A program made the translations under genes and the position numbers. Shown here piece by piece: positions 37,814 to 47,789 of a DNA stretch of 64,000 nucleotides; within the stretch, counting starts at the first letter, position 1, and the number at the start of each line of letters is the position of its first letter. Under the pieces are notes generated by a model. That model ran no database searches, was not told the DNA's origin, and was given only the letters and a program-made list of their open reading frames with translations. The DNA lies in NCBI GenBank assembly GCA_964497125.1, contig CAZCDU010000002.1, forward strand, positions 105,695-169,694. The letters are read 5' to 3'. The stretch is from an uncultured Victivallales bacterium (GTDB taxonomy: Bacteria; Verrucomicrobiota; Kiritimatiellia; UBA8416).

Positions 37814-39043
37814 ATGCGCGTGCTCTACTATGACTGCTTCAGCGGAATCAGTGGCGACATGAATCTTGCCGCCATGCTGTCGCTTGGCGTTGACGAATCC
37901 CTGTTGCGCGGTGAGCTTGCCAAGCTCGGCCTGGCGGACGAGTTCGAATTGCAGGTCGTGGATGATGCCAAGTGCGGCATTCACGGTAAGCGTGTTGACG
38001 TGAACCTGAAGCACGATCATGACCATGGTCACCATCCCGCACACCGTCACCTGGCCGATATTGATGCCATCATCAACGGGTGCGCCCTCAGCGACAGCGT
38101 AAAGACCACGAGCCTGGCCATCTTCCGTCGCATCGCTGAAGCCGAAGCCCATGTACACAACTGCAGCGTGGATGAGATCCACTTCCACGAAGTTGGCGCC
38201 ACTGACGCCATTGTCGATATCGTGGGGGCGGCCATCTGCCGCGACGCCCTTCAGGTCGACCAGGTGCTCTGCTCCTCAATTGAACTTGGTGGCGGCTTTG
38301 TTACGTGTGACCACGGCAAGCTTCCGGTACCCGCGCCGGCGACGGTCGAGATTCTGCATGGCATACCGACCAAACGAGGAGCTGTGCCATTTGAGACGAC
38401 GACACCAACCGGCGGGGCCATCCTTGCCGAGCTGGTGGACCAGTTCGCGGACGCACCCACTATCGTTGCGGAGCGTACGGCCTACGGCGTCGGGCATCGG
38501 GACACGGAGATTCCCAATGTCCTGCGCGTACAACTCGGCACACGTAATGATGAGCCGGCGAGTGTTGATGCCGTACTGCTCGAATGCACGATCGATGACA
38601 TGACGGCCGAGGCCATGAGCTACGCGTTGGAGCGACTCCTCGAGACGGGGGCGAGCGACGTGAACTTCATCCCTGTCACCACCAAGAAATCGCGGCCGGC
38701 CACTATTGTGTCCGTGCTCTGTCCTCCCGACCGTATTCAAGACGTAGAGCGAACGATGTTCCGCGAAACCACAACGCTCGGAATTAAACACATCCCCATA
38801 TCGAAGTCCGTCCTGGACCGACGCACCCGTATCTGTGAGACGCGCCATGGCGCCATCACGGTGAAGGAAGCTGTACTTAACGGTGAAGTCATTCGCGCCA
38901 AACCCGAATTTGAAGAATGCGCCGCCATCGCCCGGCGCGAGAACATTCCTCTGGCCGATATTTACAAGGAAGTCGCGACGCCCCCTCCAATCCAGCACCC
39001 AGCATCCAGCATCCAGCAACCAGCATCCAGAGACCAGTCATGA
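37814..39043 (+). CDS. larC: Nickel-pincer cofactor biosynthesis protein LarC
   Basis: YYDCFSGISGDM, His-rich HDHDHGHH, IAEAEAHVH, HFHEVGATDAIVDI, PVPAPAT, TPTG, ECTIDDM, FRETTTLG, PEFEEC. Confidence 0.93.
   Translation: MRVLYYDCFSGISGDMNLAAMLSLGVDESLLRGELAKLGLADEFELQVVDDAKCGIHGKRVDVNLKHDHDHGHHPAHRHLADIDAIINGCALSDSVKTTSLAIFRRIAEAEAHVHNCSVDEIHFHEVGATDAIVDIVGAAICRDALQVDQVLCSSIELGGGFVTCDHGKLPVPAPATVEILHGIPTKRGAVPFETTTPTGGAILAELVDQFADAPTIVAERTAYGVGHRDTEIPNVLRVQLGTRNDEPASVDAVLLECTIDDMTAEAMSYALERLLETGASDVNFIPVTTKKSRPATIVSVLCPPDRIQDVERTMFRETTTLGIKHIPISKSVLDRRTRICETRHGAITVKEAVLNGEVIRAKPEFEECAAIARRENIPLADIYKEVATPPPIQHPASSIQQPASRDQS
38990..39031 (+). repeat. Six-unit ATCCAGC heptamer repeat within the larC 3' end
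   Basis: ATCCAGC ACCCAGC ATCCAGC ATCCAGC AACCAGC ATCCAGA, translated as IQHPASSIQQPASR. Confidence 0.85.
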
Positions 39044-39783
39044 CCGAAGATCAAATCAAATCGCTACTCGACCAAGTTAGCAGCGGAGAGCAAAGCGCGG
39101 AGGACGCCATGAAAACGCTCCGCGACCTGCCTTACGAAGATATTGGGCACACCAAGATCGATCACCACCGCACGCTGCGGAACGGATTCCCGGAAGTCAT
39201 CTATGGTGCGGGCAAGACGCCTGACCAGGTAGCCGAGATCTTTGCGACGATGATGCAACGCGGAAACGTGCTCGCAACCCGGGTATCTGAAGCTGCTGCG
39301 GAAGCCGTGCTGGCAATTTGCCCGGATGCCGAGCACAACGCGATGGCCCGCACGATGGTCTACCGGCGTGAGCCGGTGACACCGAGAGGCGGCAAGGTGC
39401 TTGTCGTTACGGCAGGAACATCCGACCTGCCCGTCGCCGAGGAGGCCCGTGTCACGGCGGATATCCTGGGGAACGAGACGGAGCTTGTCTCCGACGTTGG
39501 CGTCGCCGGCATTCATCGCCTCTTCGGTGCGCTGGACAAACTCCGCGAAGCCTCCGTCATCATCGTGGTGGCCGGCATGGAAGGGGCGCTGGCAAGCGTC
39601 GTGGGCGGCATGATCGATCGCCCCGTCATCGCCGTCCCAACCAGCGTCGGTTACGGCGCCAGTTTCGAGGGCATCGCCGCTCTGCTGGGGATGCTCACCT
39701 CCTGTGCCGCCGGCATCACCGTCGTCAATATCGACAACGGATTCGGTGCCGCCTGTGCAGCGACCCGAATCAACCGTCTCTAA
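39040..39783 (+). CDS. larB: Nickel-pincer cofactor biosynthesis protein LarB
   Basis: DHHRTLRNGFPEVIYGAGKT, AGTSDLPVAEEA, DVGVAGIHRL, VAGMEGAL.SV, VPTSVGYG, VNIDNGFGA; ATGA overlap with larC. Confidence 0.93.
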   Translation: MTEDQIKSLLDQVSSGEQSAEDAMKTLRDLPYEDIGHTKIDHHRTLRNGFPEVIYGAGKTPDQVAEIFATMMQRGNVLATRVSEAAAEAVLAICPDAEHNAMARTMVYRREPVTPRGGKVLVVTAGTSDLPVAEEARVTADILGNETELVSDVGVAGIHRLFGALDKLREASVIIVVAGMEGALASVVGGMIDRPVIAVPTSVGYGASFEGIAALLGMLTSCAAGITVVNIDNGFGAACAATRINRL

Positions 39784-39920
39784 AGCCATACGACCAACAG
39801 GAACTCAAGGGGAGCCACGCTATGCACATCGCAGGTCTCAACGGGCATAGTGTCCGGCGTTCTGACAACGGTCTCCTGTAATCTACCCTTGGGGAACATC
39901 ACCTACATCAGAAAATCAAC

Positions 39921-42560
39921 GTGACAGGGAATCCTATGATCCACCTCAAAGACTACAGGCCGCCGGCCTTTGCAATCCCACGCACCGATCTTGATATCGA
40001 CATTCAGGACGCTGTCGTCCGCGTATCAGCCACGCTCACGATCGAGCGCGCCCCGGACTCCCCACCTGATGCGCCTCTTGTACTCAACGGGGAGCAACTG
40101 GTCCTGGTGAGCGTTGCCATAGACGAGCGCCAGCTTCAGGCTGACGAGTACGTCCTTACCGATAAGACGCTGACGATCGGAGACGTCCCCTCGAGCTTCA
40201 CGCTTCATACCATAGTCGAGATTGAACCGGCGAAAAACACAGCACTGGAAGGTCTGTACCAGTCAGGTCAGATTCTCTGCACCCAGAACGAACCGGAAGG
40301 CTTCCGCCGAATCACGTTCTTCCAGGACCGGCCTGACTGCATGAGTTCTTTCTCCACGACCATCACGGCCGACAAACAGCGCTATCCCTACCTGCTATCG
40401 AACGGCAACCTGCTGAGCGAGGAAGAGCTCGCAGACGGCCGCCACCGGGCCCGGTGGCATGACCCGTTCGTCAAGCCAAGTTATCTCTACGCTCTCGTGG
40501 CCGGTGACTTCGCGCGTACCGAGGACTCCTTCACGACGGTATCGGGACGCGATGTTGCCATTCACGTCTACGTCGACCACGGCAACGAGGACAAAGTCTC
40601 GCACACGATTGAATCCCTGAAGCGGGCTATGCGCTGGGACGAAGAGGTCTTCGGACTCGAGTACGACCTTGACCTCTTCATGATTGTGGCCGTGGATGCC
40701 TTCAATTTCGGGGCCATGGAAAACAAAGGGCTCAACGTGTTCAACTCCGCCTGCGCCCTTGCCAACCCGGACACGGCAACCGATGGCGACTTCCAGAACA
40801 TCGAAGCCATTGTGGCTCACGAGTACTTTCATAACTGGACCGGCGACCGCATCACCCTACGCGACTGGTTTCAGCTTACCCTCAAAGAAGGCCTCACGGT
40901 CTACCGTGATTCGCGCTACATGGCCGACATCTATTCCGCGGCCATCCAGCGCATCCAGCGTGTCACATCGTTCCGGGGCGGGCAGTTCGCGGAGGATGCG
41001 GGGCCAAACGCACATCCGATCCAGCCCAAGTCCTATGCAGAGATCAACAATTTCTACACCGCAACTGTCTACAGCAAGGGAGCACAGGTCATCCGAATGC
41101 TGGACGTCCTCCTGGGGCGTGATGGCTTCCGCAAGGGCATGGACCGTTACGTGGAGAAGTATGATGGCAAGGCCATCACGACCGAGGACTTCCTCTCCGC
41201 CATGGAAGAGGCGAACGACACGACCCTAACGCAGTTCCGACGCTGGTATCACCAGGCCGGCACGCCTATATGCAAAGTCAACAGCGAGTACGATCCCGCG
41301 CGACAAACCTTCACGCTCACCGTCCAACAGCACTGTGAGCCAACCGCAGATGGCAGTCCCAAAGAGCCGCTGTACTTTCCGATGACAATGGCGATGCTTG
41401 ATAGCAGAGGGAATGAGCTGCCTCTCCGCCTTTCCGGGGAATCGCGGGAAACCGCAGCAACGACGCGTGTACTGACTATTGAACAACCCGAACAGGCTTT
41501 CGTTTTCACGGATATCGCTGCCGCCCCCTGCCCTTCTCTGTTCCGGGACTTCAGTGCCCCGGTCAAAGTGGAGTACCCCTATACGCGTGAAGACCTGACG
41601 TTCCTCTTCAAGCATGACAGTGACCCATTCAATCGTTTTGACGCCGGACAGCGGCTTGCCACGGGATGCCTCGTGGAAATGGTCAATGCGCTGCGGGACG
41701 GAAAGACGGCGTTGGTCCCCGACCCCGTCTTGAATGCCTACGGCCCGCTGCTGGACGATGATGCCGACGACTTGTCTTTCTCTGCCCTGGCCCTCACGCT
41801 CCCCACCATATCGGTGCTTTGCCAGGAGCTCGATGAATTCGACGTACAGAACGTGTACCGGGCCCGCGAGATCTTTAAAGCCGCCATGACGAACCGTCAC
41901 TCGGAAGCCTTGCGCCGCTGCTACGATCGCTGCAGCAAGAATGCCGTCGGGTTGGGGGCAGACGCCGTGGCAAAGCGAGGACTGCGTAATGCCTGCCTCT
42001 ACTACCTCTCCTACCTTGCGGATCATGCTGTAGACTTGGCGGCGAAGCAGTTCGACGGGGCCATGAACATGACAGACCGTATGGGCGCCCTCCTGGTGCT
42101 CTGCCAGTCGGATACGGATGCCCGCCAGGCGGCGCTCGACGCATTTCTTGATCGCTACCGTGACGACTTCAACGTCATCAACAAGTGGTTCGGTGTCCAG
42201 GCATCTGCCGTGCGTTGCGGCAATTTGCTCAATACGGTAAAGGCGCTTCTGAAGCATCCCCTGTTTGACATCAACAATCCGAATCGCTGTCGCAGCGTCT
42301 ATGGGGCATTTGCCGGATCACTGCCGGCCTTCCACGCCCCCGCTGGCAGCGGCTACAAGTTGATTGCCGATGCCATCCTGACAATCGACCCCAAGAACAG
42401 CACCGTCGCCGCGGGAATGGCCAACGGCTTCAAGCACTACAGGCGACTGCCGGCCCAGAACAAGGCAGCTATGAAAGTCGAGCTGGACAGAATCTCAGAA
42501 ACCCCAGATCTATCCGAAGGCCTGCGGGAGATCATTTCAAAGACCCTGCAACAGTCATGA
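39921..42560 (+). CDS. pepN: Aminopeptidase N (M1 family)
   Basis: TQNEPEGFRRIT, DPFVKPSYL, FGAMENKGLN, HEYFHNWTG..LKEG, FYTATVYSKG, NPNR. Confidence 0.95.
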   Translation: MTGNPMIHLKDYRPPAFAIPRTDLDIDIQDAVVRVSATLTIERAPDSPPDAPLVLNGEQLVLVSVAIDERQLQADEYVLTDKTLTIGDVPSSFTLHTIVEIEPAKNTALEGLYQSGQILCTQNEPEGFRRITFFQDRPDCMSSFSTTITADKQRYPYLLSNGNLLSEEELADGRHRARWHDPFVKPSYLYALVAGDFARTEDSFTTVSGRDVAIHVYVDHGNEDKVSHTIESLKRAMRWDEEVFGLEYDLDLFMIVAVDAFNFGAMENKGLNVFNSACALANPDTATDGDFQNIEAIVAHEYFHNWTGDRITLRDWFQLTLKEGLTVYRDSRYMADIYSAAIQRIQRVTSFRGGQFAEDAGPNAHPIQPKSYAEINNFYTATVYSKGAQVIRMLDVLLGRDGFRKGMDRYVEKYDGKAITTEDFLSAMEEANDTTLTQFRRWYHQAGTPICKVNSEYDPARQTFTLTVQQHCEPTADGSPKEPLYFPMTMAMLDSRGNELPLRLSGESRETAATTRVLTIEQPEQAFVFTDIAAAPCPSLFRDFSAPVKVEYPYTREDLTFLFKHDSDPFNRFDAGQRLATGCLVEMVNALRDGKTALVPDPVLNAYGPLLDDDADDLSFSALALTLPTISVLCQELDEFDVQNVYRAREIFKAAMTNRHSEALRRCYDRCSKNAVGLGADAVAKRGLRNACLYYLSYLADHAVDLAAKQFDGAMNMTDRMGALLVLCQSDTDARQAALDAFLDRYRDDFNVINKWFGVQASAVRCGNLLNTVKALLKHPLFDINNPNRCRSVYGAFAGSLPAFHAPAGSGYKLIADAILTIDPKNSTVAAGMANGFKHYRRLPAQNKAAMKVELDRISETPDLSEGLREIISKTLQQS

Positions 42561-42642
42561 CCCTTGGAAACTTGAACGCGAAAGGGAACTGCCAGAATAG
42601 ACGTCTCTGCCTCTTCTTCAGTTTTCCATTATATCAGCGGAA

Positions 42643-42699
42643 CTGAATTCTCACGAATCCAGCTACAATCGAGAAGTAGCTGGATTCGTTAGAATCCAG
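42643..42699. repeat. Inverted doublet of family-1 REPs
   Basis: 42643-42666 (minus) and 42676-42699 (plus, perfect palindrome CTGGATTC-GTTA-GAATCCAG), 9-bp spacer. Confidence 0.9.
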
Positions 42700-42757
42700 T
42701 GCCGCGGCCAACAGCACTTACCACAGAAGTCGCACCTCCAGACAGGGAGCCATCGGA

Positions 42758-43663
42758 ATGAAGCAACAGACACAGGCAACAGCCTTGGCCCTGCTGGCGG
42801 TGCTGTTCTGGTCGACGATGGCCACGGCGTTCACGTTGGGGCTTCGCGAGATGGATACGCTTCAGCTTATGCTGGGAGCAAGTTGTGTCTCGCTGCTCTG
42901 TCTAGGATTCGTGGCGAGTGCAACACGAGCAATTTCCCTCTCTGATCTTGATGGTCCGACGCTGCTTCGGGCCGCCATGCGTGGCGCCCTGAATCCATTC
43001 GCCTACTACGTCATTCTCTTGAAAGCCTATACGCTCCTACCTGCCCAGGAGGCCATGGCGTTGAACTACACCTGGCCCATGACCCTCGTGCTTCTGTCAG
43101 TGCCGCTGCTCAAGCAGTCGATCAGCTGGCGAACCGTGGCCGCGCTGCTGATCAGTTTCACCGGGGTGCTGGTTGTCGCCACACAGGGGAACATTGCTTC
43201 GCTTAAGCTGACGGACCCGCTCGGAGATGCGCTCGCACTCGGCAGCTCCGTGATCTGGGCGCTCTACTGGATCGCGAACGTCCGTGACAAGCATAACGAT
43301 GTCGCAAAGCTTTTCCTGGGAATGGCCTTCGGGACGGTCTACCTGCTGGTGGCGACACTGCTCTTCTCAGAACTACGACTCCCCACGAGGGCAGGACTCG
43401 GTGCCATTGTTTACATCGGACTCTTTGAGACGGGAATCACGTTTGTGTGCTGGTTGAAGGCGCTTAGTCGGTCCACCTCTGCCGCTCGTGTTGGGCAGCT
43501 CATCTACCTATCACCGTTCCTCTCCATGCTGTTCATTCGCATGGTGCTCAAAGAGAGCATTCATCCCGCAACCGCGGTAGGAGTCATCCTCATCGTCGGG
43601 GGGATCGTGGTGCAACAACGACTGCAGAAGTCACGCGAAGCGATCAAACCGCAGAGATCATAG
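42758..43663 (+). CDS. DMT/EamA family transporter
   Basis: About 10 TM helices in two EamA repeats; LNYTWP, YLSPFLS motifs. Confidence 0.9.
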   Translation: MKQQTQATALALLAVLFWSTMATAFTLGLREMDTLQLMLGASCVSLLCLGFVASATRAISLSDLDGPTLLRAAMRGALNPFAYYVILLKAYTLLPAQEAMALNYTWPMTLVLLSVPLLKQSISWRTVAALLISFTGVLVVATQGNIASLKLTDPLGDALALGSSVIWALYWIANVRDKHNDVAKLFLGMAFGTVYLLVATLLFSELRLPTRAGLGAIVYIGLFETGITFVCWLKALSRSTSAARVGQLIYLSPFLSMLFIRMVLKESIHPATAVGVILIVGGIVVQQRLQKSREAIKPQRS

Positions 43664-43670
43664 CCTGCTG

Positions 43671-44888
43671 CTACTTCGAGGCCGCCCGATTCGCAATGAC
43701 GAAACTGTGAATCTCGCCATGCCATGCGCGGTCGTCCTTCCACTCGTTACCAAGGAGAAGCTGGTAGAGTTCCCAGTTGCTGAAGTCACCACCGATCTGG
43801 TTGATTTTGACTTCCTTGCCGTCCACGGAAAGACTCAGTTCGCCGGGACGATAGGAGACAACCACGTGTGTGCGTCGGCCCGCTGTCAGTTTACAGAGCT
43901 GTACCTGGGGCGCGGTACCATTGGGACCCGTTTTTGTCGTCCGCAACCGCAACAGCAGACTGTTCCCCTCCTGGCACAGAGAGAAGTTGCGCTTCGCGCC
44001 ATCTAGGGAGAAGGACACGATACGAGCCGGACCCGTCTGCTTCAGATTGTCGGTTTCGAACGTCACGTCCAACATCAGTTCATTCGACTGCTTGCATGCC
44101 GCCAGGAGCGCTTCATTGATGTCCTCAACGAGAATGCGCCCACCCTCACACTCGAGCGTGCCTCCCCGAATACGACTCTTCCCTTGTGCTGCCATTTCCG
44201 TACTGAGCCTACGCCCCTCGGATTGGATCGCGACCTCGTCGCCCAGCTGGTTTCGATCCCATGAAACGCGATACAGGCCTTCGGTCGACGGCACTTGGGG
44301 TCGAGATACCGGAGTGGCAACGACTGCGTCGGGTGCCTCCCTACCCGCGGACGCCGCGTCTGCGACGCCAAACTGAGCGGCCCGAAATGCATCGCCCGAC
44401 TTCACGCGCTCGATCTCACGGCGCATTTCCATCGCCTGCGGAATCTTGCCATCAACGGTATGCTGCTTCTTCTCTTGCTCAAGCCGCGCTATGTACCGGT
44501 TGGAAAGCTGCATAACCGAACGGTCCCGATTCAGGGATATAGAATCGAGCGGGGCCCGGGCACTTCGCTGCAGCTTCTGGATCACAGGAGTACTACTGAA
44601 GGCCTTCGGAACCGGGATCTTCTTCTCTTTGGAGAAACGTGTCTGCTCCGACTTCACTTCCAACAGGAGATCCAGATCACCGGACTTCTGGACCTGGGTG
44701 GACAGAAGCTCCAGTCGACGACCGTACTCGCGAAGAATCGTGGTCCTCTCGCTGCCCGCACTCAGCTCGATCCGGTTGAGGGACGTCTCGTAGATCTTGC
44801 GAAGCTCTTTCAGGGATGTTTCGGCGGCGGTCATGTTCATACAGGATAGGGCAAACACGACGGCAATGACTCGACAAATGACTGACAT
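43671..44888 (-). CDS. Secreted hypothetical protein: helical coiled-coil N-domain plus LamG/ConA-like C-domain
   Basis: Signal peptide; helical repeats (Y...L..L.....GDLD..L.V..E); C-terminal PARIVSFS...RNFSLCQ...LRLRT...THVVVSY...L.LGNE...W.G.I. Confidence 0.7.
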   Translation of the reverse strand: MSVICRVIAVVFALSCMNMTAAETSLKELRKIYETSLNRIELSAGSERTTILREYGRRLELLSTQVQKSGDLDLLLEVKSEQTRFSKEKKIPVPKAFSSTPVIQKLQRSARAPLDSISLNRDRSVMQLSNRYIARLEQEKKQHTVDGKIPQAMEMRREIERVKSGDAFRAAQFGVADAASAGREAPDAVVATPVSRPQVPSTEGLYRVSWDRNQLGDEVAIQSEGRRLSTEMAAQGKSRIRGGTLECEGGRILVEDINEALLAACKQSNELMLDVTFETDNLKQTGPARIVSFSLDGAKRNFSLCQEGNSLLLRLRTTKTGPNGTAPQVQLCKLTAGRRTHVVVSYRPGELSLSVDGKEVKINQIGGDFSNWELYQLLLGNEWKDDRAWHGEIHSFVIANRAASK

Positions 44889-45023
44889 GACAATGTCCTC
44901 TATTGAACCTTCAGAAGCTCAGTGCGGCGCCATGCCACACGCAGGGCTCCATTGGACGAACAGTGTAGGAATTCAAGCCACCCGCTGCAAGCCTGTCTAC
45001 CCGGCCTTCATCGATCCCGGCTG

Positions 45024-46166
45024 TCACCCCGAGAGGATTCGTCTGATAGCTGAGCGTGCCAGGCGCCGGCCGGCTTCGCGGTACTGCTTCGGTGTCATGG
45101 ATGTCTTGCCACAGAGGGCATAGGGCACGGCGATAACGAGAGAACTGACTTCCATGACATCGCGGGCATAGCTGCCCAGAGACAGCCCGGCTGCAGCGGG
45201 CTGTTTCTGGACAATGCGTTTGAAGTCCGAAGCGGCATACTCTTGGCCAAGCGCTTCATGAAAGACATTGGCCCATTTCTCGGCATCCTTCGAAGCGGCG
45301 TTGCCCCCTTCAGTTGACGGCAGGCGGCAGTAGAGCCCATCGCTCTCAGAACCGCCGGTGGCTTGTAGGTCAAGGATCAAGGCAGGACGACAGCGGGCCT
45401 TCCATTCGGATAGATCGCACTGTATGACGCGCGCCTCGTGACGCAATGGGGTCATTCCCCAGGCCTGGTCGAGATCAAGGTCCACGCTTCCACGGCCATA
45501 GTGGCCGCGTTCAATGCCGCCCACATCGGCAAGCGGAACGGACCAGACCAGGACACGGCTTTCATGCGTTCGCGCAAAGTGCTGCAGCATCCCATCCAAC
45601 ACCCACGATCCGGGAGTCTCGCCGCCATGCTGTCGCGCCACCAGGAAGATCCCGGGACGGTCTCCTGCACGATCAACGATGTTGCTGACGCGCTGAACGG
45701 GGCGGCCGCCGGCACTCAGGCCGATGGAATTCATGGACCAATATGCCTTGGACTTCCGGACTAACGTCTTCACTTCGTGAAAACCGTATGGATAGCAGAG
45801 CGCGAATTCAGATGCCGGCTCCGGATAAGGAATCGTCCACGACACCTTTACCTGGCCATCCTCGCCCGTCGAAACAACGCCTGTCTTGGTCCGGTTCCAG
45901 TTCTGCCCCTCACCCCGGTAGACTGGATGCATAGCGGCTGGCGTATTGCAGCCGGTGAGGCTGCGCAGGAATTTCAAGGTAAGAGTCAGGTTGGCGGGGT
46001 GCGGCTCATCGGCAGACGATTCAAGCACACGAAAATGAAACCAGAGCGATTCAGACCCACCACAGGGATGAGCCGTGAACTCAATCTCCGCCGACGGAGC
46101 CTTCTCCAAGACACGTACGGCTGCGACGTTTCCTCCGGAAAAGCGAGATTCCACGCGTAAACTCAT
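45024..46166 (-). CDS. M14 carboxypeptidase-like protein with degenerate active site
   Basis: N-terminal SRFSGGN and WFHFRV; ARQHGGETPGSW (HxxE); LDLQA and IAVPY where His and Glu are expected. Confidence 0.75.
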   Translation of the reverse strand: MSLRVESRFSGGNVAAVRVLEKAPSAEIEFTAHPCGGSESLWFHFRVLESSADEPHPANLTLTLKFLRSLTGCNTPAAMHPVYRGEGQNWNRTKTGVVSTGEDGQVKVSWTIPYPEPASEFALCYPYGFHEVKTLVRKSKAYWSMNSIGLSAGGRPVQRVSNIVDRAGDRPGIFLVARQHGGETPGSWVLDGMLQHFARTHESRVLVWSVPLADVGGIERGHYGRGSVDLDLDQAWGMTPLRHEARVIQCDLSEWKARCRPALILDLQATGGSESDGLYCRLPSTEGGNAASKDAEKWANVFHEALGQEYAASDFKRIVQKQPAAAGLSLGSYARDVMEVSSLVIAVPYALCGKTSMTPKQYREAGRRLARSAIRRILSG

Positions 46167-46257
46167 GCGTTAGACAATAGCAAACTACGACGTCCCTTCA
46201 ACTCAGATTCTCTCTATTTCCATTTCCCATCGCGGAATTATGCTATACGCTCTGCAA

Positions 46258-47088
46258 ATGCCTGACATTGGAAAACTGAACACGCTGCCAATCGCGCGAT
46301 CATCAGACTTCGGCCTCTTTCTGGATGGCGGAGACCTTGGTGACATCCTGTTACCCAATCGCTACGTACGTTCCGAATGGGGTCCCGGTGACGAGATCGA
46401 GGTGTTTCTCATGCTCGACTCCGAGGATCGCCTGACGGCGACGACACTCAAGCCCTACGCCATGGTCGATGAGTTCGCCTGCCTACGGGTTGTTTCCTGC
46501 TCAGCCGTGGGGGCGTTCCTGGACTGGGGGCTGCCGAAGGATCTTCTTGTGCCCTTCCGTGAGCAGAAGGTGAAGATGCAGGAGGGACGCTCATACGTTG
46601 TGCGCGTATACCTGGACGACGTTAGCAAGCGCATCGCTGCCACAGCAAAGTTGGATAAGTTCCTGGACAAGACACCTGGCAATTTCACCACGGGCCAAGC
46701 GGTCGACCTCCTGATCTGCGACAAAACCGACCTAGGCTACAAGGCTATTGTCGACGGCACGCATTGGGGCATCCTCTTCCACAACCAGGTATTCAGAAGG
46801 CTGGAACGGGGACAGCGCATTGATGGGTTCATCCAACGCGTGCGGGACGATGGAAAGCTTGATCTCTCCCTTGAGCAACCCGGCTACGGCAGGGTCTCTG
46901 ACGTCTCAGGCACGATTCTCGCCTATTTGAAGGACCATGGCGGCTCCATGCCCATCACCGACAAGAGTTCGCCAGAGGAGATCCGCGCTGCTTTCGGCAT
47001 CAGCAAGAAGGTCTACAAGAAAGCAATTGGCGCCCTCTACAAAGCGCGCAAAGTCACGATCGACAAGACCGATACACGGCTCGCCTAG
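46258..47088 (+). CDS. cvfB: CvfB/YitL S1-domain RNA-binding protein
   Basis: IGKLNTL, GLFLDGG, DSEDRL.AT, GAFLDWGLPKDLLVPF.EQ, FGISKKVYKKAIGALYK; alternative start 46240. Confidence 0.9.
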   Translation: MPDIGKLNTLPIARSSDFGLFLDGGDLGDILLPNRYVRSEWGPGDEIEVFLMLDSEDRLTATTLKPYAMVDEFACLRVVSCSAVGAFLDWGLPKDLLVPFREQKVKMQEGRSYVVRVYLDDVSKRIAATAKLDKFLDKTPGNFTTGQAVDLLICDKTDLGYKAIVDGTHWGILFHNQVFRRLERGQRIDGFIQRVRDDGKLDLSLEQPGYGRVSDVSGTILAYLKDHGGSMPITDKSSPEEIRAAFGISKKVYKKAIGALYKARKVTIDKTDTRLA

Positions 47089-47159
47089 CCGCTGCGTTCC
47101 TTCCGGAATATCCGGGGCCCTTTCATGAGCTCGACCCTACGCCCCCACCAGGCGCGATT

Positions 47160-47269
47160 GTAGGGCGGGAACGGTCGAGTCCGCGAGACCTTCCCGCCGT
47201 CTCCCGATGCAACAGCGCCACCTGAAGGCCGGCGGGAAGGACTCGGAGACTCGACCGTTCCCGCCCTAC
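47160..47269. repeat. REPIN-like inverted doublet of GTAG REP family 2
   Basis: Perfect 22-bp terminal inverted repeat GTAGGGCGGGAACGGTCGAGTC/GACTCGACCGTTCCCGCCCTAC; each half folds GGCGGGAA...TTCCCGCC. Confidence 0.88.
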
Positions 47270-47369
47270 AGTCGGATGCCAACCGAATCTTCCCCGTTTC
47301 AGCTTTTCAGGTTCTGCCCTTACGGCACGATCCAGATCGGCGAGGACAGCGCCGTATCGCGGTCGGCCG

Positions 47370-47789
47370 CTAGTCTTCGATCGTGACGCTATTGATCGTG
47401 TCGCCCATTCGGATGGCGTTAACGACGTCCATGTCCTCGGTACGACCAAAGACGGTATGCACGCCGTCCAGATGCGGTGTCGCGACGTGGGTGATGAAAA
47501 ACTGGCTGCCGCCTGTGTTGGGACCCGCATGGGCCATGGAAAGCGTACCGGGCGTATGCTTCTGGCTGTTGATCTCACAGTCAATCTGGTACCCCGGCCC
47601 GCCACAGCCTGTGCCATCCGGACAGCCGCCCTGGATCATGAAGTTGGCGATGACACGGTGAAAGGTGAGGCCGTCATAGTAGCCCTTCTTGGCCAGGTCG
47701 CTGAAGTTCTTGACCGTGTTGGGGGCGTCCTTGTCGAACAGCTCCAGGTTGATCGTTCCCTTGCTGGTTTCCATGATGGCTTTTGGCAT
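47370..47789 (-). CDS. Cyclophilin-type peptidyl-prolyl isomerase
   Basis: [50 protein letters not shown]. Confidence 0.95.
   Translation of the reverse strand: MPKAIMETSKGTINLELFDKDAPNTVKNFSDLAKKGYYDGLTFHRVIANFMIQGGCPDGTGCGGPGYQIDCEINSQKHTPGTLSMAHAGPNTGGSQFFITHVATPHLDGVHTVFGRTEDMDVVNAIRMGDTINSVTIED

Noticed and set aside
39784-39920. Structured RNA between larB and pepN
   Set aside because: Only short scattered complementarities (6-9 bp), within chance for GC-rich DNA
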